64,000 nt of DNA from an uncultured bacterium. Lineage in GTDB: Bacteria > Chloroflexota > UBA5177 > JANWHV01. Of this stretch, positions 19,320-28,832 are shown piece after piece; the stretch's first letter is position 1, and every line of letters begins with the position of its first letter. The DNA is taken from contig CAVSOU010000010.1 in assembly GCA_963729625.1 (NCBI GenBank), forward strand, positions 1,184,001 to 1,248,000. Direction: 5' to 3'. Made by a program: the position numbers and the translations under genes. Below the pieces are notes generated by a model. It worked only from the letters and a program-made list of their open reading frames with translations. It did not search any database and had not been told where the DNA came from.

Positions 19320-20294
19320 CTAACTGGCGGTAAAAGTGCCCGTCGCCGACTTCCCCTTGCTGACCACCGTCATGGTCACCTGGCCGTCTATTCCTTTGGG
19401 AATGCTCCACATGTAGATGAGGTGGCCGTCGGCTCCAGCCTTTTGCTGCTTAACGTCCTGCGTGCCGTTTGGATAGTCGATCACGATGGCAACCAGAGCG
19501 TTCTTCGATGCGACGATCTGCGCCACCTGCTGGCTGCCGGCGCTGACCGTGGCAGTAAGGAACTTAAGGCCGAGCGCACCGCTGCTCGGTGTGGCCGGCA
19601 CGGCTGTGGCCATTCCGGGTCCGGTAGCCGGCCCGAAGACCTGTACTTCGCCTAGGTAGGCAACAGTCGAATTGGTCTGGGTGCTCAATATACGGATCAT
19701 CACGTAACGTGCATCCACTGGAGGGAACTTGGCTGCCTGCCCCGTTCCGAGCTGCGGCGCCAGAAGATACTTCCCCACCGGCGTAAACGTCGACTTGAGC
19801 GCCGGGTAATCCGCAGGCTTCAACAATGGTTGGGCGCTGGTGGATACCAGGACCTCATACTGGCTAACCGTGAAGGCTTCACTGTAGTTAGATTGCCACA
19901 GCACCACGCTATCGATGGTCATCTGGCTTGTCTTGGCGAAGGTAAAGATCAGGTCGATTGGAGTTGCCGGCGACAAATTGTTGCCTCCCCAGTCGCAGCC
20001 CCCGTCACAGTCCGTGCTTGCTGTGGAGGCATGGCCATCGATGAGCTTCATGGCTCCATATTGCAGGCTGCCTGTCGGCGCCCACCCGGGCTGACCCGCG
20101 GGAAGACTGGCGAAAGACATGTCGCTGGTGGCAAATGCTGCATTGCCCCCGTTGGTGCGCGCGACGAGATCCGTATTGAGTTTGGTAACAAGAGTGCTCC
20201 CCGCAGCACGGGTTGTTCCGGCTATGGGGATGAGCAACGCGGCCGCTACACATGCCGCCGCAAGTCGAGCCAGCGTCGTCTTCACTGTGTTCAT
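19320..20294 (-). CDS. secreted protein with discoidin/F5-8-like galactose-binding domain
   Basis: Signal peptide ending TRA-A; LIDG...W...DL.F...IDSV.L...Y.V.VS...ARYV.IRI...LGEVQVFG. Confidence 0.65.
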   Translation of the reverse strand: MNTVKTTLARLAAACVAAALLIPIAGTTRAAGSTLVTKLNTDLVARTNGGNAAFATSDMSFASLPAGQPGWAPTGSLQYGAMKLIDGHASTASTDCDGGCDWGGNNLSPATPIDLIFTFAKTSQMTIDSVVLWQSNYSEAFTVSQYEVLVSTSAQPLLKPADYPALKSTFTPVGKYLLAPQLGTGQAAKFPPVDARYVMIRILSTQTNSTVAYLGEVQVFGPATGPGMATAVPATPSSGALGLKFLTATVSAGSQQVAQIVASKNALVAIVIDYPNGTQDVKQQKAGADGHLIYMWSIPKGIDGQVTMTVVSKGKSATGTFTAS

Positions 20295-20711
20295 GGTTAC
20301 CCTTCTTCGTCACACACTGAACAAGCTGCCTATCAGCCAACCGGTGCACGCGCGCAGGCACGTGTCGAAAATCGGACGTCGGACAATCCTGTACTGTTGT
20401 CTATGTCCGCGTTGCGCCACTCTGTCCTATGTGCACGAGATACGCATCCCGGCTGTCTTCTGCACCTCCTTCCGGCGCAGGAACGCGCTCTACTCAGGAC
20501 TCTCGTGGTCGACCTCTTTGGCTGTATCTTTACGGCAAGCGGTCTGAAGTCATGTCTTCATCGACCCAATACGATGCAGTTGGCCAGCCTAGGCCCAAAT
20601 AGACCCCGTGCGCACGCCATGTCCTGCCATGCCTGACGACGGCACGCCGCGCATCCACAAGCAGCGCGGTGCCCGCACGCAGCACATGTCTCGCCGTCAG
20701 CGCTACTGTTC

Positions 20712-21476
20712 TCACTGCCCGACAAGTGGGGCAAGGTGCGGTAGTCGGATCAGGGTCATCGACGCATGCCACGTGTAGTCGCCGCTGCCCTTGAAGCCGA
20801 GACACCCATAGCAGTCGTCTGTGCTCGTCACGGGTACAGGAATCCGCCCACTGGCCTGCACGGTGACCTGGTCTTGCTTTTCCAGATCTGCCACCATCTC
20901 GACCTTCTTGAACCACGTGTCGGGCGCAGCGAAACCCTCGGGGGAGCACTTCTGACCGGTACTGCGCTCAGAAAGATCGGGCCAGATGATGGTGATGGCC
21001 TCGTTGATCAGATTCGGGTGTCTCGGGTTCGACGGTGCTTCATCGAACCCGACCTCCTCATACGAGGATCCGCTGAGCAGAGTGCCGGCATCACGACAGG
21101 AAGCCGGTGGATGCTGTTCGGTCTTCGTGACCGAGTAGATGGTGTACGTAGCCTTGACCGGAATACGTGGCAACTCGACAATGTAACCGCGGATCGGCAT
21201 CGGAACAATCGTGAGCACCGGCCTGCGAAACGCTGAAGCCCGCATGTTCTCAGTCCAGCTCGCTCCCCCCTCGGCGGTCTCCCAACCTGAGTTGTTGGAT
21301 TGGTTGGTCACAGACCAGCCCCAGGTCTCGTGCGCCCCGGCACTGAAGCCGCTGACCTCAAAACCAACCCCCTCCAAGCCGGTCGACGCCGGCGTAGCTG
21401 ACACCGGCACCGCGCCCCCCAGAAGCAGCACAACTCCCAGCCCCACCGCAGGCAACCCGCCAACCTTCGTCTTCAT
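20712..21476 (-). CDS. secreted hypothetical protein
   Basis: Signal peptide MKTKVGG...VSA with GAGGAAG RBS; no recognisable domain. Confidence 0.6.
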   Translation of the reverse strand: MKTKVGGLPAVGLGVVLLLGGAVPVSATPASTGLEGVGFEVSGFSAGAHETWGWSVTNQSNNSGWETAEGGASWTENMRASAFRRPVLTIVPMPIRGYIVELPRIPVKATYTIYSVTKTEQHPPASCRDAGTLLSGSSYEEVGFDEAPSNPRHPNLINEAITIIWPDLSERSTGQKCSPEGFAAPDTWFKKVEMVADLEKQDQVTVQASGRIPVPVTSTDDCYGCLGFKGSGDYTWHASMTLIRLPHLAPLVGQ

Positions 21477-21841
21477 CACTGCTCTCTTCCTCGTAGTCCA
21501 GTGACCACAATGCGTGTCGCTGATTGAAGCTTCCGGCGAACGATGCCGCACACTCGGCCAGCCGATGTCGCCGTGGGCGCCGGAGATCCGGCGACGCCGT
21601 CATCCCCGTAGTGCTATTCTTCATGGCCACTTCGGTGACCGCCGCATTGGCCTGGCTGTCGCTTGAAGCGCAGTCCCTGCCGAAGCCAGCCTGGTCATTG
21701 TTGCCGCCAATCTCCTTTCGCGCTACGCAGGGCCGTACCAGAGGCCGCTGCGTGTGGCGAAGTGATTCACTCGCATGTAACGCGCATGCACATCGCGCAA
21801 ATCCCGGCATCCGAAGGTCCCTGGTCCGCCCCAGGCAGCAG

Positions 21842-21876
21842 GAAACCGGCACGCGACACTTGTCGTGGCCGGTTTC
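21842..21876. other. strong GC hairpin in long intergenic leader
   Basis: GAAACCGGC...CGACA-CT-TGTCG...GCCGGTTTC. Confidence 0.5.
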
Positions 21877-22305
21877 ACCAGTGGCTCGCTGCAGTCGGGG
21901 TGACCAAGCGAAGGTAGGCGTCAAGAGGAGCTAACGCTCGCTACATCGTCAGCACCGGATAGCGTCGAACCCTCTCAAAGACTACAGATCATAGCATCCA
22001 CCACAACCTCCATCGTACACCCGTGAGTCAAGCGCTGTTTCCGTCAGGACGCCTCGTGCACAGGTTTTCTGTGCATGAGGCGGTCTGGGTGGAGGTCTGT
22101 CGGCTCCAGCAGGAGCCACAGTGCGCGGCGGTCTTTAGCGCATGTGGAAGGTCTGCACTGTCGTCTGGAGCATGGGGATAAGGCTATCCTGTGCAGCAGC
22201 ATTACCAATGCGTGCCGATGTTCACCCGCCGGAAGGCAATGTCCGGGTCGGGGCATCGCGCGCCGCGGGCGCAGTCGACGCACCGGCCGGTACAGCCAGG
22301 CTGAT

Positions 22306-22402
22306 GCTCCGCATTGAGCCGGTCCGTCTGCTGCACCAGCAACCCCCGCACGTACTGTTCACTACGTCGCTTCGCTTCCTTGCGCCCGAAGAGCGGCGCA
22401 GC
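22306..22402 (-). mobile_element. IS701-family transposase N-terminal remnant
   Basis: Translates as APLFGRKEAKRRSEQYVRGLLVQQTDRLNAE, resembling the IS701 N-terminus (F.R...Y.RGLL...R.N.E); the rest is absent. Confidence 0.6.
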
Positions 22403-22436
22403 AGTATCCGGCGGCGTGCTTGCTCGGGCCTGCACA

Positions 22437-22972
22437 TTAGAGATGTGCCTGGACCAGCGCATCCTGCAGAGATCCGATGTACGACTCGCTTGTATACGTT
22501 GCGCCGGAGACGCCATTGATGTTGGCGCTCTGCGCCTGCAAGGTCTCGCTGCGCAGCATGGGGACGGCCTGCGAGTTAATGTACGCCGATCGCCCATTGT
22601 CCTGCGGTGCGGTGATGATCACATCCGTGATCCGGTTCCCCGTGACCACCAGTGTTGCTTGCACGGTGCCGAATCGGTTTTGCACCGCGGTGCCTGTGTA
22701 CGACCGAGAGGTGCCGGCCGCGGAGCCGGCAGTCTGAGGCGCGGCTGCCCCGCCAGAGCCGGAGGCCCCGTTTGGCGCTGAACTGCCCGGTGCTGGCGCG
22801 CTTACCGCAGCCCCGGCCGACTGGCCGGAGATTGCCGCGGACCGAGAGCCACCAGCCTCGCCGGCGGCGACGCGTGTGCCAGGATGTCTGCCGCGGTGAC
22901 GGCCGGGATCGCTGTGGCAAACGCGACCATCATGGCAGGAATGAGCCGTGCCGCTTTGCTTCTTGCTTTCAT
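22437..22972 (-). CDS. exported FMN-binding protein (flavinylation motif SGAT), apparent frameshift near 22850
   Basis: Signal-like MKARSKAARLIPAMMVAFA in one frame; YTG..V.NRFGTVQ...INGVSGATYTS in another. Confidence 0.75.
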
Positions 22973-22999
22973 GCTCGTGCCTTCTGTGGCTGCATCGCG

Positions 23000-24469
23000 C
23001 TAGAACGCGAATTCGTCGACGTGGATCAGCGGTGCCGGCACGCCGAGCTTGCGCAGGGCGCGCGTAAGTGACCGGACCATACTGGTCGGGCCACACAGAT
23101 AGACGTCCCGTGTGGCGATATCGGGAACCAGGCTGCGCAGATGATCGCGGGACAGGAGATGTGCGTTGCCTGGGGTGCGGCGGTCGCCGAGGACGTACTG
23201 GACCCGCATACCCCGTTCGCGAGCGAGGCGCTCAAGCTCGTCTCGGAACACGATCTCCCCCGCGTGCCCGGCACGGTAGACCAGGACGATATCCCCCTGC
23301 ATGTCGTCCAGCAGCGCGCGGATGGGTGTGATGCCCACACCGCCAGCGATGAGAGCCACTCGCTCTTTGCGTCCGGGCCTCCTCTGTGAAAGAGCCAAAT
23401 GGGCCTTCCGCCATCACGAATGTGCCAGGCTTCACGCTGGCCAGGCCTCGACTGAAATCTCCCAGATCCTTGATCGTGATGCGGAACGACGAACCGTCCG
23501 GAGCAGCCGAAAGCGAGAACGGGTGTGACTCCCGCCAGCGCTCTCGGTCGAGGAACCGCCAGCTGGAACCACTGCCCAGGCCGCGCATTCAACCAGTCCA
23601 GGTGGCGCCCGCTGATGCGCAGCGATACTACTCCCGGCGCTTCCCGCCTCACTTCTGTTACCCGCATCCGGTGCCAGAGGAAGCCAACCAGCGGTTGGAG
23701 CACGCGAAAGAGCAGCACGAGCTGGAACGTCGCAACATAGAGCGCGGTCCAGAACGCGGCCGCCAGCGGACTGCCGAGAAAGTCGCCGCCGGTAGGCACC
23801 TGATGCGACCAAGCCAGGAAGATGCCGAGGTAGGCCATCAGATGGACGCCGTACCAGGTTTCGTAGCGGAGCCTGCGCCGCACGATTACGATCGACGAGA
23901 ATGCCACAAGAATCAGGAGCACCGTGCCCGCGAGGGCCTGCATCATGCCCGGATAGGCTGTCAGGAACGAATTCAGCTCGGCAAGGATGGAGATGCCGGG
24001 TCTGCTGTGCGTAGCCGACAGTGATGGTGGCTACGTGGGCCAGAATCAGCCCCAGGCTCACCTTGCCGTTCAGACGGTGACGTTTCATCAGCCTATCGAA
24101 GCCCACCGTCCATTCCAGGAATGGCAGCCGCGCCAGCAGGAGAATCTGCAGCAGGAGCAGGTAAGCACCAAACAGGCCCGTGAAGCGGCCCACGCTGACC
24201 AGGAGCGTGCCGGTGCTGTGTACACCGGATATGCCGCCATCTTTGAGCCACAGCGCGGCGAAGATGGCGGCGGCGCCATAGAACACGAGCCGCAGGCTCC
24301 AGGTCACGGCATCCTTGAGGTCACTGCCGGCGCGGCGGTCCGCCCGCGCTGCATGAGTTTCACGTCGGCTGGCCATCCGTGCCATCGGCTGGACGGGCTT
24401 CGCGCGGCGGCTCAGTCCCGGCATTCGCTGCAGCGGTCGAGCGACGCCGGCGGCAAGGTCGCTTTGCAT
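23000..24469 (-). CDS. ferric-reductase-like transmembrane + FAD/NAD-binding oxidoreductase, several frameshifts
   Basis: Pieces: GFDRL..RHR..G...LILAH, YETWYGVHL, HPFSLS, EGPFGSFT, AGGVGITP, YLCGP and DEFAF in different frames. Confidence 0.8.
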
Positions 24470-24553
24470 CTGTCTGCTTTCCCTTCAATGTGCGAGGTGG
24501 CGACCGTTTCCGTCAGCCTGCGCACCTACAACTGTCACGGAGTTCATGCTTTG

Positions 24554-24610
24554 AGGATAAGGGGCGCAGGGTGACGGTTTCGTGATGGCTTTATGACAGG
24601 AACCTTACAG
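24554..24610 (-). promoter_or_regulatory. OmpR/PhoB-type 11-bp tandem direct repeats plus -10 TATCCT
   Basis: Minus strand CTGTAAG / CTGTCAT / CCATCAC / CCGTCAC at exact 11-bp period. Confidence 0.55.
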
Positions 24611-24793
24611 GTAACTGAGCTTTTGCTAAGTCCGCTGGATCGAGCTGCGCGAGGGCTTGCGTTGCGCAGCCCGCATCCCGGGACCTTAGGCAGGGGGTAT
24701 CGGTGACCGTCGGCAGATGCCTCTCAGGCATGCACCGGCCTAGACTATCCGAAGAGCTCTAGGGCATGACGCGCGCGCGGAAGGAGGCACGCG

Positions 24794-25237
24794 ATGGCAA
24801 ACGACTTGATGTCCCCGCCTCGCACTGATGCGGTGCGGGACTTGCGCGATGTGCTGCTGGCCCAGCAGGCCATACTGCCGGCCGGAGTGAGCGGGCAGTC
24901 GGTCCCCGCGGGCGCCCTGCAAGTGGAATCCGCGGCGCGAGATATTCTGGCCCTTGTCCAGACCGAGATCGACACGCAGGTCGAGTGGCGGGTGCGGCAG
25001 GCGGTGGCGCGCCTCCGGGCAGAGGGCCTGAGCCCAACGCCCCAGCAGGACTCTCACCCCGCGCAGCGGACCATGGCGGCAGCAATAAGTATCCCCACGC
25101 TGATCTTCAGCATCCCGATCATCGCCATCGCTGGCGGTACCGGCGGCTTTCCAGGGCTGGCCCTGGCGCTGGTCGCGCTGGTCATGATCAACCTGGCGTG
25201 GGCCACCGGATGGACTCCGGGCCGGCATCGGCGCTAG
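24794..25237 (+). CDS. small hypothetical membrane protein
   Basis: AAGGAGG RBS; two C-terminal hydrophobic helices (SIPIIAIAG...LALVALVMINLAW). Confidence 0.7.
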   Translation: MANDLMSPPRTDAVRDLRDVLLAQQAILPAGVSGQSVPAGALQVESAARDILALVQTEIDTQVEWRVRQAVARLRAEGLSPTPQQDSHPAQRTMAAAISIPTLIFSIPIIAIAGGTGGFPGLALALVALVMINLAWATGWTPGRHRR

Positions 25238-25294
25238 CTGGAGAACCGCGGCAGAATCTGGTACGACGGACGTGGGTCCGCGCCCGGCGCCTTC

Positions 25295-26854
25295 CTATCG
25301 CTGCGTCGCCGTGCGCAAGGGAATCTCCTTGAGGAACAGAGAGACAACCAGCGCAATCATCACTAGAGGCACACCGGTAAGAAACACATCATCGATCGCG
25401 TGGGAGAATGCCCCCAGCACGTGCGTCTTGAGCGGCTCGGCCAGGCGCTGGATCGCTTGCACATTATTGATGTCGATCGTGGGCGTCCTGCCGGACGCGC
25501 CCCGTCCCGCAGCCAGACCAGAGCTCATGTAATGTGACAGGCGGGTGGACAGCACCTCGCCGAAAAGAGCCGTCCCTATCGCCGCTCCCGTCTGGCGAAA
25601 GAAGGTCACGGAACTTGTCGCAACGCCCATATCGCGACGGTCCACCGAATTCTGGATGGCCACCATGATCGTCTGCATCGTGAAGCCCAGGCCCGCGCCC
25701 GTGATAAAGGCAATAACACCGATTTCCCAGTAGGCAGTGCCCTGCTGCACCTGCGCGAAGAGCGACATCCCGACAATCAGCACCGCTGCGCCAATGATCG
25801 GAAATATCCTGTACTTGCCGGTCCGACTGATAAGCCGTCCGGAAGTTATCGACATGCCGGCGATACCGAGCGACATGGGAATCATGGAGAGGCCTGACTG
25901 AGTCGGGGACATTCCCTTCACCGCCTGCAGATAGACCGGCAGGAAGATGACGGCGCCAAACATGGCCATCCCGCTGAGAAACGCATAGCCGTTCCCGACG
26001 CTGAAAATGGAGTTGGTGAACAACCGCATCGGAAGCACCGGCTCCGACGCACTCAGCTCGACGAACACGAAGGCAACCGTCAGGACCAGCGCTCCGGTCA
26101 AGAGCGCCAGGCTGCTGGGCGCGGTCCATCCATAGCTGCCGCCCGCCCAGTTCAGATACAGCAGCAGGCAGGTTACCGCAGCGATAATCGTCGCGGCGCC
26201 AAGGTAGTCGATGGCGTGCTGGCGTCGGATAACCGGCATCCGCAGCGCCGACGAGATGACCACGAAGGCGACGGCGCCGACGGGCAGATTGATGTAGAAG
26301 ATCCATCTCCATCCCGGACCATCGGTGAGCCCACCGCCGATCAGCGGCCCGAGCACGCTCGACGTGCCCCACACTGCGCCAAAGTAGCCCTGGTAGCGAC
26401 CACGCTCACGCGGCGGAATCACGTCCCCGATGATCGCCAGCGCGATAGACATGAGCCCGCCACCGCCGACGCCCTGCAAAGCACGGAACGCGATAAGCTC
26501 TCCCATGTTCTGGCTCAGGCCCGACAGCGCCGATCCAACCAGAAAGACCGAGACCGCAAGCTGGAAGATCAACCGGCGACCGTACAGATCGGAAATCTTG
26601 CCCCAGAGAGGCGTGACCGCCGTTGACGTCAGCAGATAGGCGGTGACCACCCATGAGAGCTTGTCCAGCCCGCCCAAGTCTGAGACGATGCGGGGTAGCG
26701 CAGTGCCCACAACACTCTGGTCGAGCGCTGCCAGGAACATGCCCGCCATGACGCCCCAGATGACGATGAGGATCTGACTGTGCGAAAGGTACTGCGGCAC
26801 CTCGTCGGCGCCAGATTGGGGACGCTCACCCGTTGTCGGCTGAGGCGCCTGCAT
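25295..26854 (-). CDS. DHA2 (EmrB/QacA) MFS efflux transporter
   Basis: [24 protein letters not shown] and [12 protein letters not shown] motifs; about 14 hydrophobic segments. Confidence 0.92.
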   Translation of the reverse strand: MQAPQPTTGERPQSGADEVPQYLSHSQILIVIWGVMAGMFLAALDQSVVGTALPRIVSDLGGLDKLSWVVTAYLLTSTAVTPLWGKISDLYGRRLIFQLAVSVFLVGSALSGLSQNMGELIAFRALQGVGGGGLMSIALAIIGDVIPPRERGRYQGYFGAVWGTSSVLGPLIGGGLTDGPGWRWIFYINLPVGAVAFVVISSALRMPVIRRQHAIDYLGAATIIAAVTCLLLYLNWAGGSYGWTAPSSLALLTGALVLTVAFVFVELSASEPVLPMRLFTNSIFSVGNGYAFLSGMAMFGAVIFLPVYLQAVKGMSPTQSGLSMIPMSLGIAGMSITSGRLISRTGKYRIFPIIGAAVLIVGMSLFAQVQQGTAYWEIGVIAFITGAGLGFTMQTIMVAIQNSVDRRDMGVATSSVTFFRQTGAAIGTALFGEVLSTRLSHYMSSGLAAGRGASGRTPTIDINNVQAIQRLAEPLKTHVLGAFSHAIDDVFLTGVPLVMIALVVSLFLKEIPLRTATQR

Positions 26855-26953
26855 GCAATCCTCGTTTCTTCATCTACAAACGACCCACCTCTACAGATGA
26901 TCTACCTGGCGGCCTCGTATTCACGAAATCAGACCTGGCAACCCGTCGGTCCG

Positions 26954-27362
26954 CTATTTCAAGAGCGCGTAGTAATCAAAGCTGTCGGTACAGGCGGGAT
27001 TGAGCACATAGCGGTGGATCGCGCACCGCACCGCCGTCGTCTCAGGCAGATCGGCGAGCCAGACCGCCGCGGGGTCTGCAACGAGCAACTGTTGCACCTT
27101 CTTGTAAAGCACGGATCGCTTGGCAACGTCTACGGTAGCGTCAGCCTGTGCCAGCAGCGAATCAACCGTGGTGTTCTTGTAGTAACCACCGTTGCTGCCT
27201 GCCCCGGCAACCTGGCTGGAATTATACCGCGGCTAGAGCCAGTCTCATTGTCAGTTCCCGCGCGTACGAAGTCTTGACCGCGGCGGCAGAAAATGGCGTG
27301 CCGTCGTGGAACGTGAGTCCGTGCCGCAAATGAAACGTGTACACCCTGTGGTCGGGGCTATT
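26954..27362 (-). pseudogene. family 5 (peptide) ABC solute-binding protein remnant with internal deletion
   Basis: SPDHRVYTFHLRHGLTFHDGTPFSAAAVKTS joined out of frame to C-terminal NGGYYKNTTVDSLLAQA...LYKKVQQLL...FDYY. Confidence 0.75.
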
Positions 27363-27403
27363 GCTTCACGCATCGCGCAGTATGCTCCATGAGGGCGCCT
27401 GCC

Positions 27404-27446
27404 TGTGACCCAAGTCACCGCTGGGCCGCAGGAAACTCCCTATACT
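27404..27446 (+). promoter_or_regulatory. CRP/FNR-family class II promoter
   Basis: TGTGA-CCCAAG-TCACC centred at about -41.5 relative to -10 TATACT (27441-27446). Confidence 0.6.
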
Positions 27447-27565
27447 GATTCCGGTATGGTGTGACGATATCACGGATACTCGGGTGTCACCTGCGTCGAG
27501 ACCGGCGTCCGGCGCGGCCGGTGGCCGATATGACCCAGGATGCGCAGCCAGGAAAGGTTCCCAGC

Positions 27566-28738
27566 ATGCGTAACCGGCAGCTCCTTCTCACGACCCTGGC
27601 ATTCGCTATCTCGTTTTCTGTCTGGGGCCTGGTCTCCGGCCTCGGTCCGAAGTTCAAGGACGTCTATCATCTCAGCGATTTCCAGGCTGCCACGGCCGTG
27701 GCAGTGCCGGTCATACTTGGCGCGCTGATGCGCTTGCCCATGGGAATACTGGCGGATCGCTACGGCGGCCGCCTTGTGATGAGCTGCTTGATGGCCTTTG
27801 CCATCCTGCCCGCGGCCCTCATCGCCCTCGTCCATTCGTATACCGGCCTGTTGATCGGCGGCTTCTTCTTGGGCGTCGCAGGATCCAGCTTCGCCGTGGG
27901 CGTGAGCGCCACGACCAAATGGTTCCCGCCGGAGAAGCAGGGCCTGGCCCTGGGGCTGTTCGGCATGGGCACCGGTGGGCAGTCGATCGCCGTGTTCTTT
28001 GCCCCCCGCCTGGCGCGCGTTATGCCCTGGGAAGCGGTTTTCTGGATTTTCGGCCTGGCCAGCTTGACCTGGGCCGGAGTATTCTGGCTGACCGGCCGCG
28101 ACGCCTCAGCCGGGCGCGTGGTCCCGTTGTCGCACAGTCTGAAGCTTCTATTGCGAGAGAAGCTGTCGTGGGCGCTGGCGTTCTTCTACTTCATTACCTT
28201 TGGCGGCTTTGTGGCCATGGGCGTGTACTTGCCCACGCTTCTCAAGAATCGCTTCGCCCTCACCGCCGACGATGCGGGACTGCGCACGGCAGGCTTCGTG
28301 GTGGTTGCCGTCCTGCTGCGCCCCGTAGGTGGATGGCTGGCGGACCGCATCGGCGGCGCGCGCGTGCTAGCGGTAGTGTTCGTCCTGGTCGCGGTACTGG
28401 CCGCGCTGCTTATATCCTCGACGATGGTGATCTTCACTGCCGGTGCTCTGACCATTGCCGCCACGTTAGGTCTCGGAAGCGGGGCAGTGTTCCGCCTTGT
28501 TCCCGAGCGCTTCCCGTCGGAAGTGGGAACCGTGACCGGACTTGTCGGCGCTCTAGGTGGCCTCGGGGGCTTCTTCCCGCCCATTGTGCTGGGCGGCCTG
28601 AAGCAGGCCACGGGCAGCTATACCGGAGGCTTCCTGCTGCTCTCGCTGTTCGCGTGCAGCGCGCTGGCTCTGGATGTAGTAGTGTTCCTCCGAGCTCCTG
28701 CACAGCGCCCGATCGCGGCCTGCGCGATACCAGGCTAG
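27566..28738 (+). CDS. narK: NarK/NasA-family nitrate/nitrite MFS transporter
   Basis: RLPMG.LADRYGGR, GSSFAVG, WFPPEKQG, YFITFGGFVA and GGLGGFFPP motifs. Confidence 0.8.
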   Translation: MRNRQLLLTTLAFAISFSVWGLVSGLGPKFKDVYHLSDFQAATAVAVPVILGALMRLPMGILADRYGGRLVMSCLMAFAILPAALIALVHSYTGLLIGGFFLGVAGSSFAVGVSATTKWFPPEKQGLALGLFGMGTGGQSIAVFFAPRLARVMPWEAVFWIFGLASLTWAGVFWLTGRDASAGRVVPLSHSLKLLLREKLSWALAFFYFITFGGFVAMGVYLPTLLKNRFALTADDAGLRTAGFVVVAVLLRPVGGWLADRIGGARVLAVVFVLVAVLAALLISSTMVIFTAGALTIAATLGLGSGAVFRLVPERFPSEVGTVTGLVGALGGLGGFFPPIVLGGLKQATGSYTGGFLLLSLFACSALALDVVVFLRAPAQRPIAACAIPG

Positions 28739-28832
28739 CGGTCGTGCGCGGATGCCGACGCGAGTCGCGCCGGTCAGGTGGGCAGAGGAGCGTGCCCGCG
28801 AGACCCAGGTGGTTGGACGCCGCTGTCTCCCG

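Noticed and set aside
21790-21945. Partial resemblance to the c-di-AMP (ydaO) riboswitch (GGGGTGA...GTAGG...AGCTAAC) on the + strand
   Set aside because: Other conserved elements are missing and no + strand gene lies downstream. Kept only as a generic structured region.
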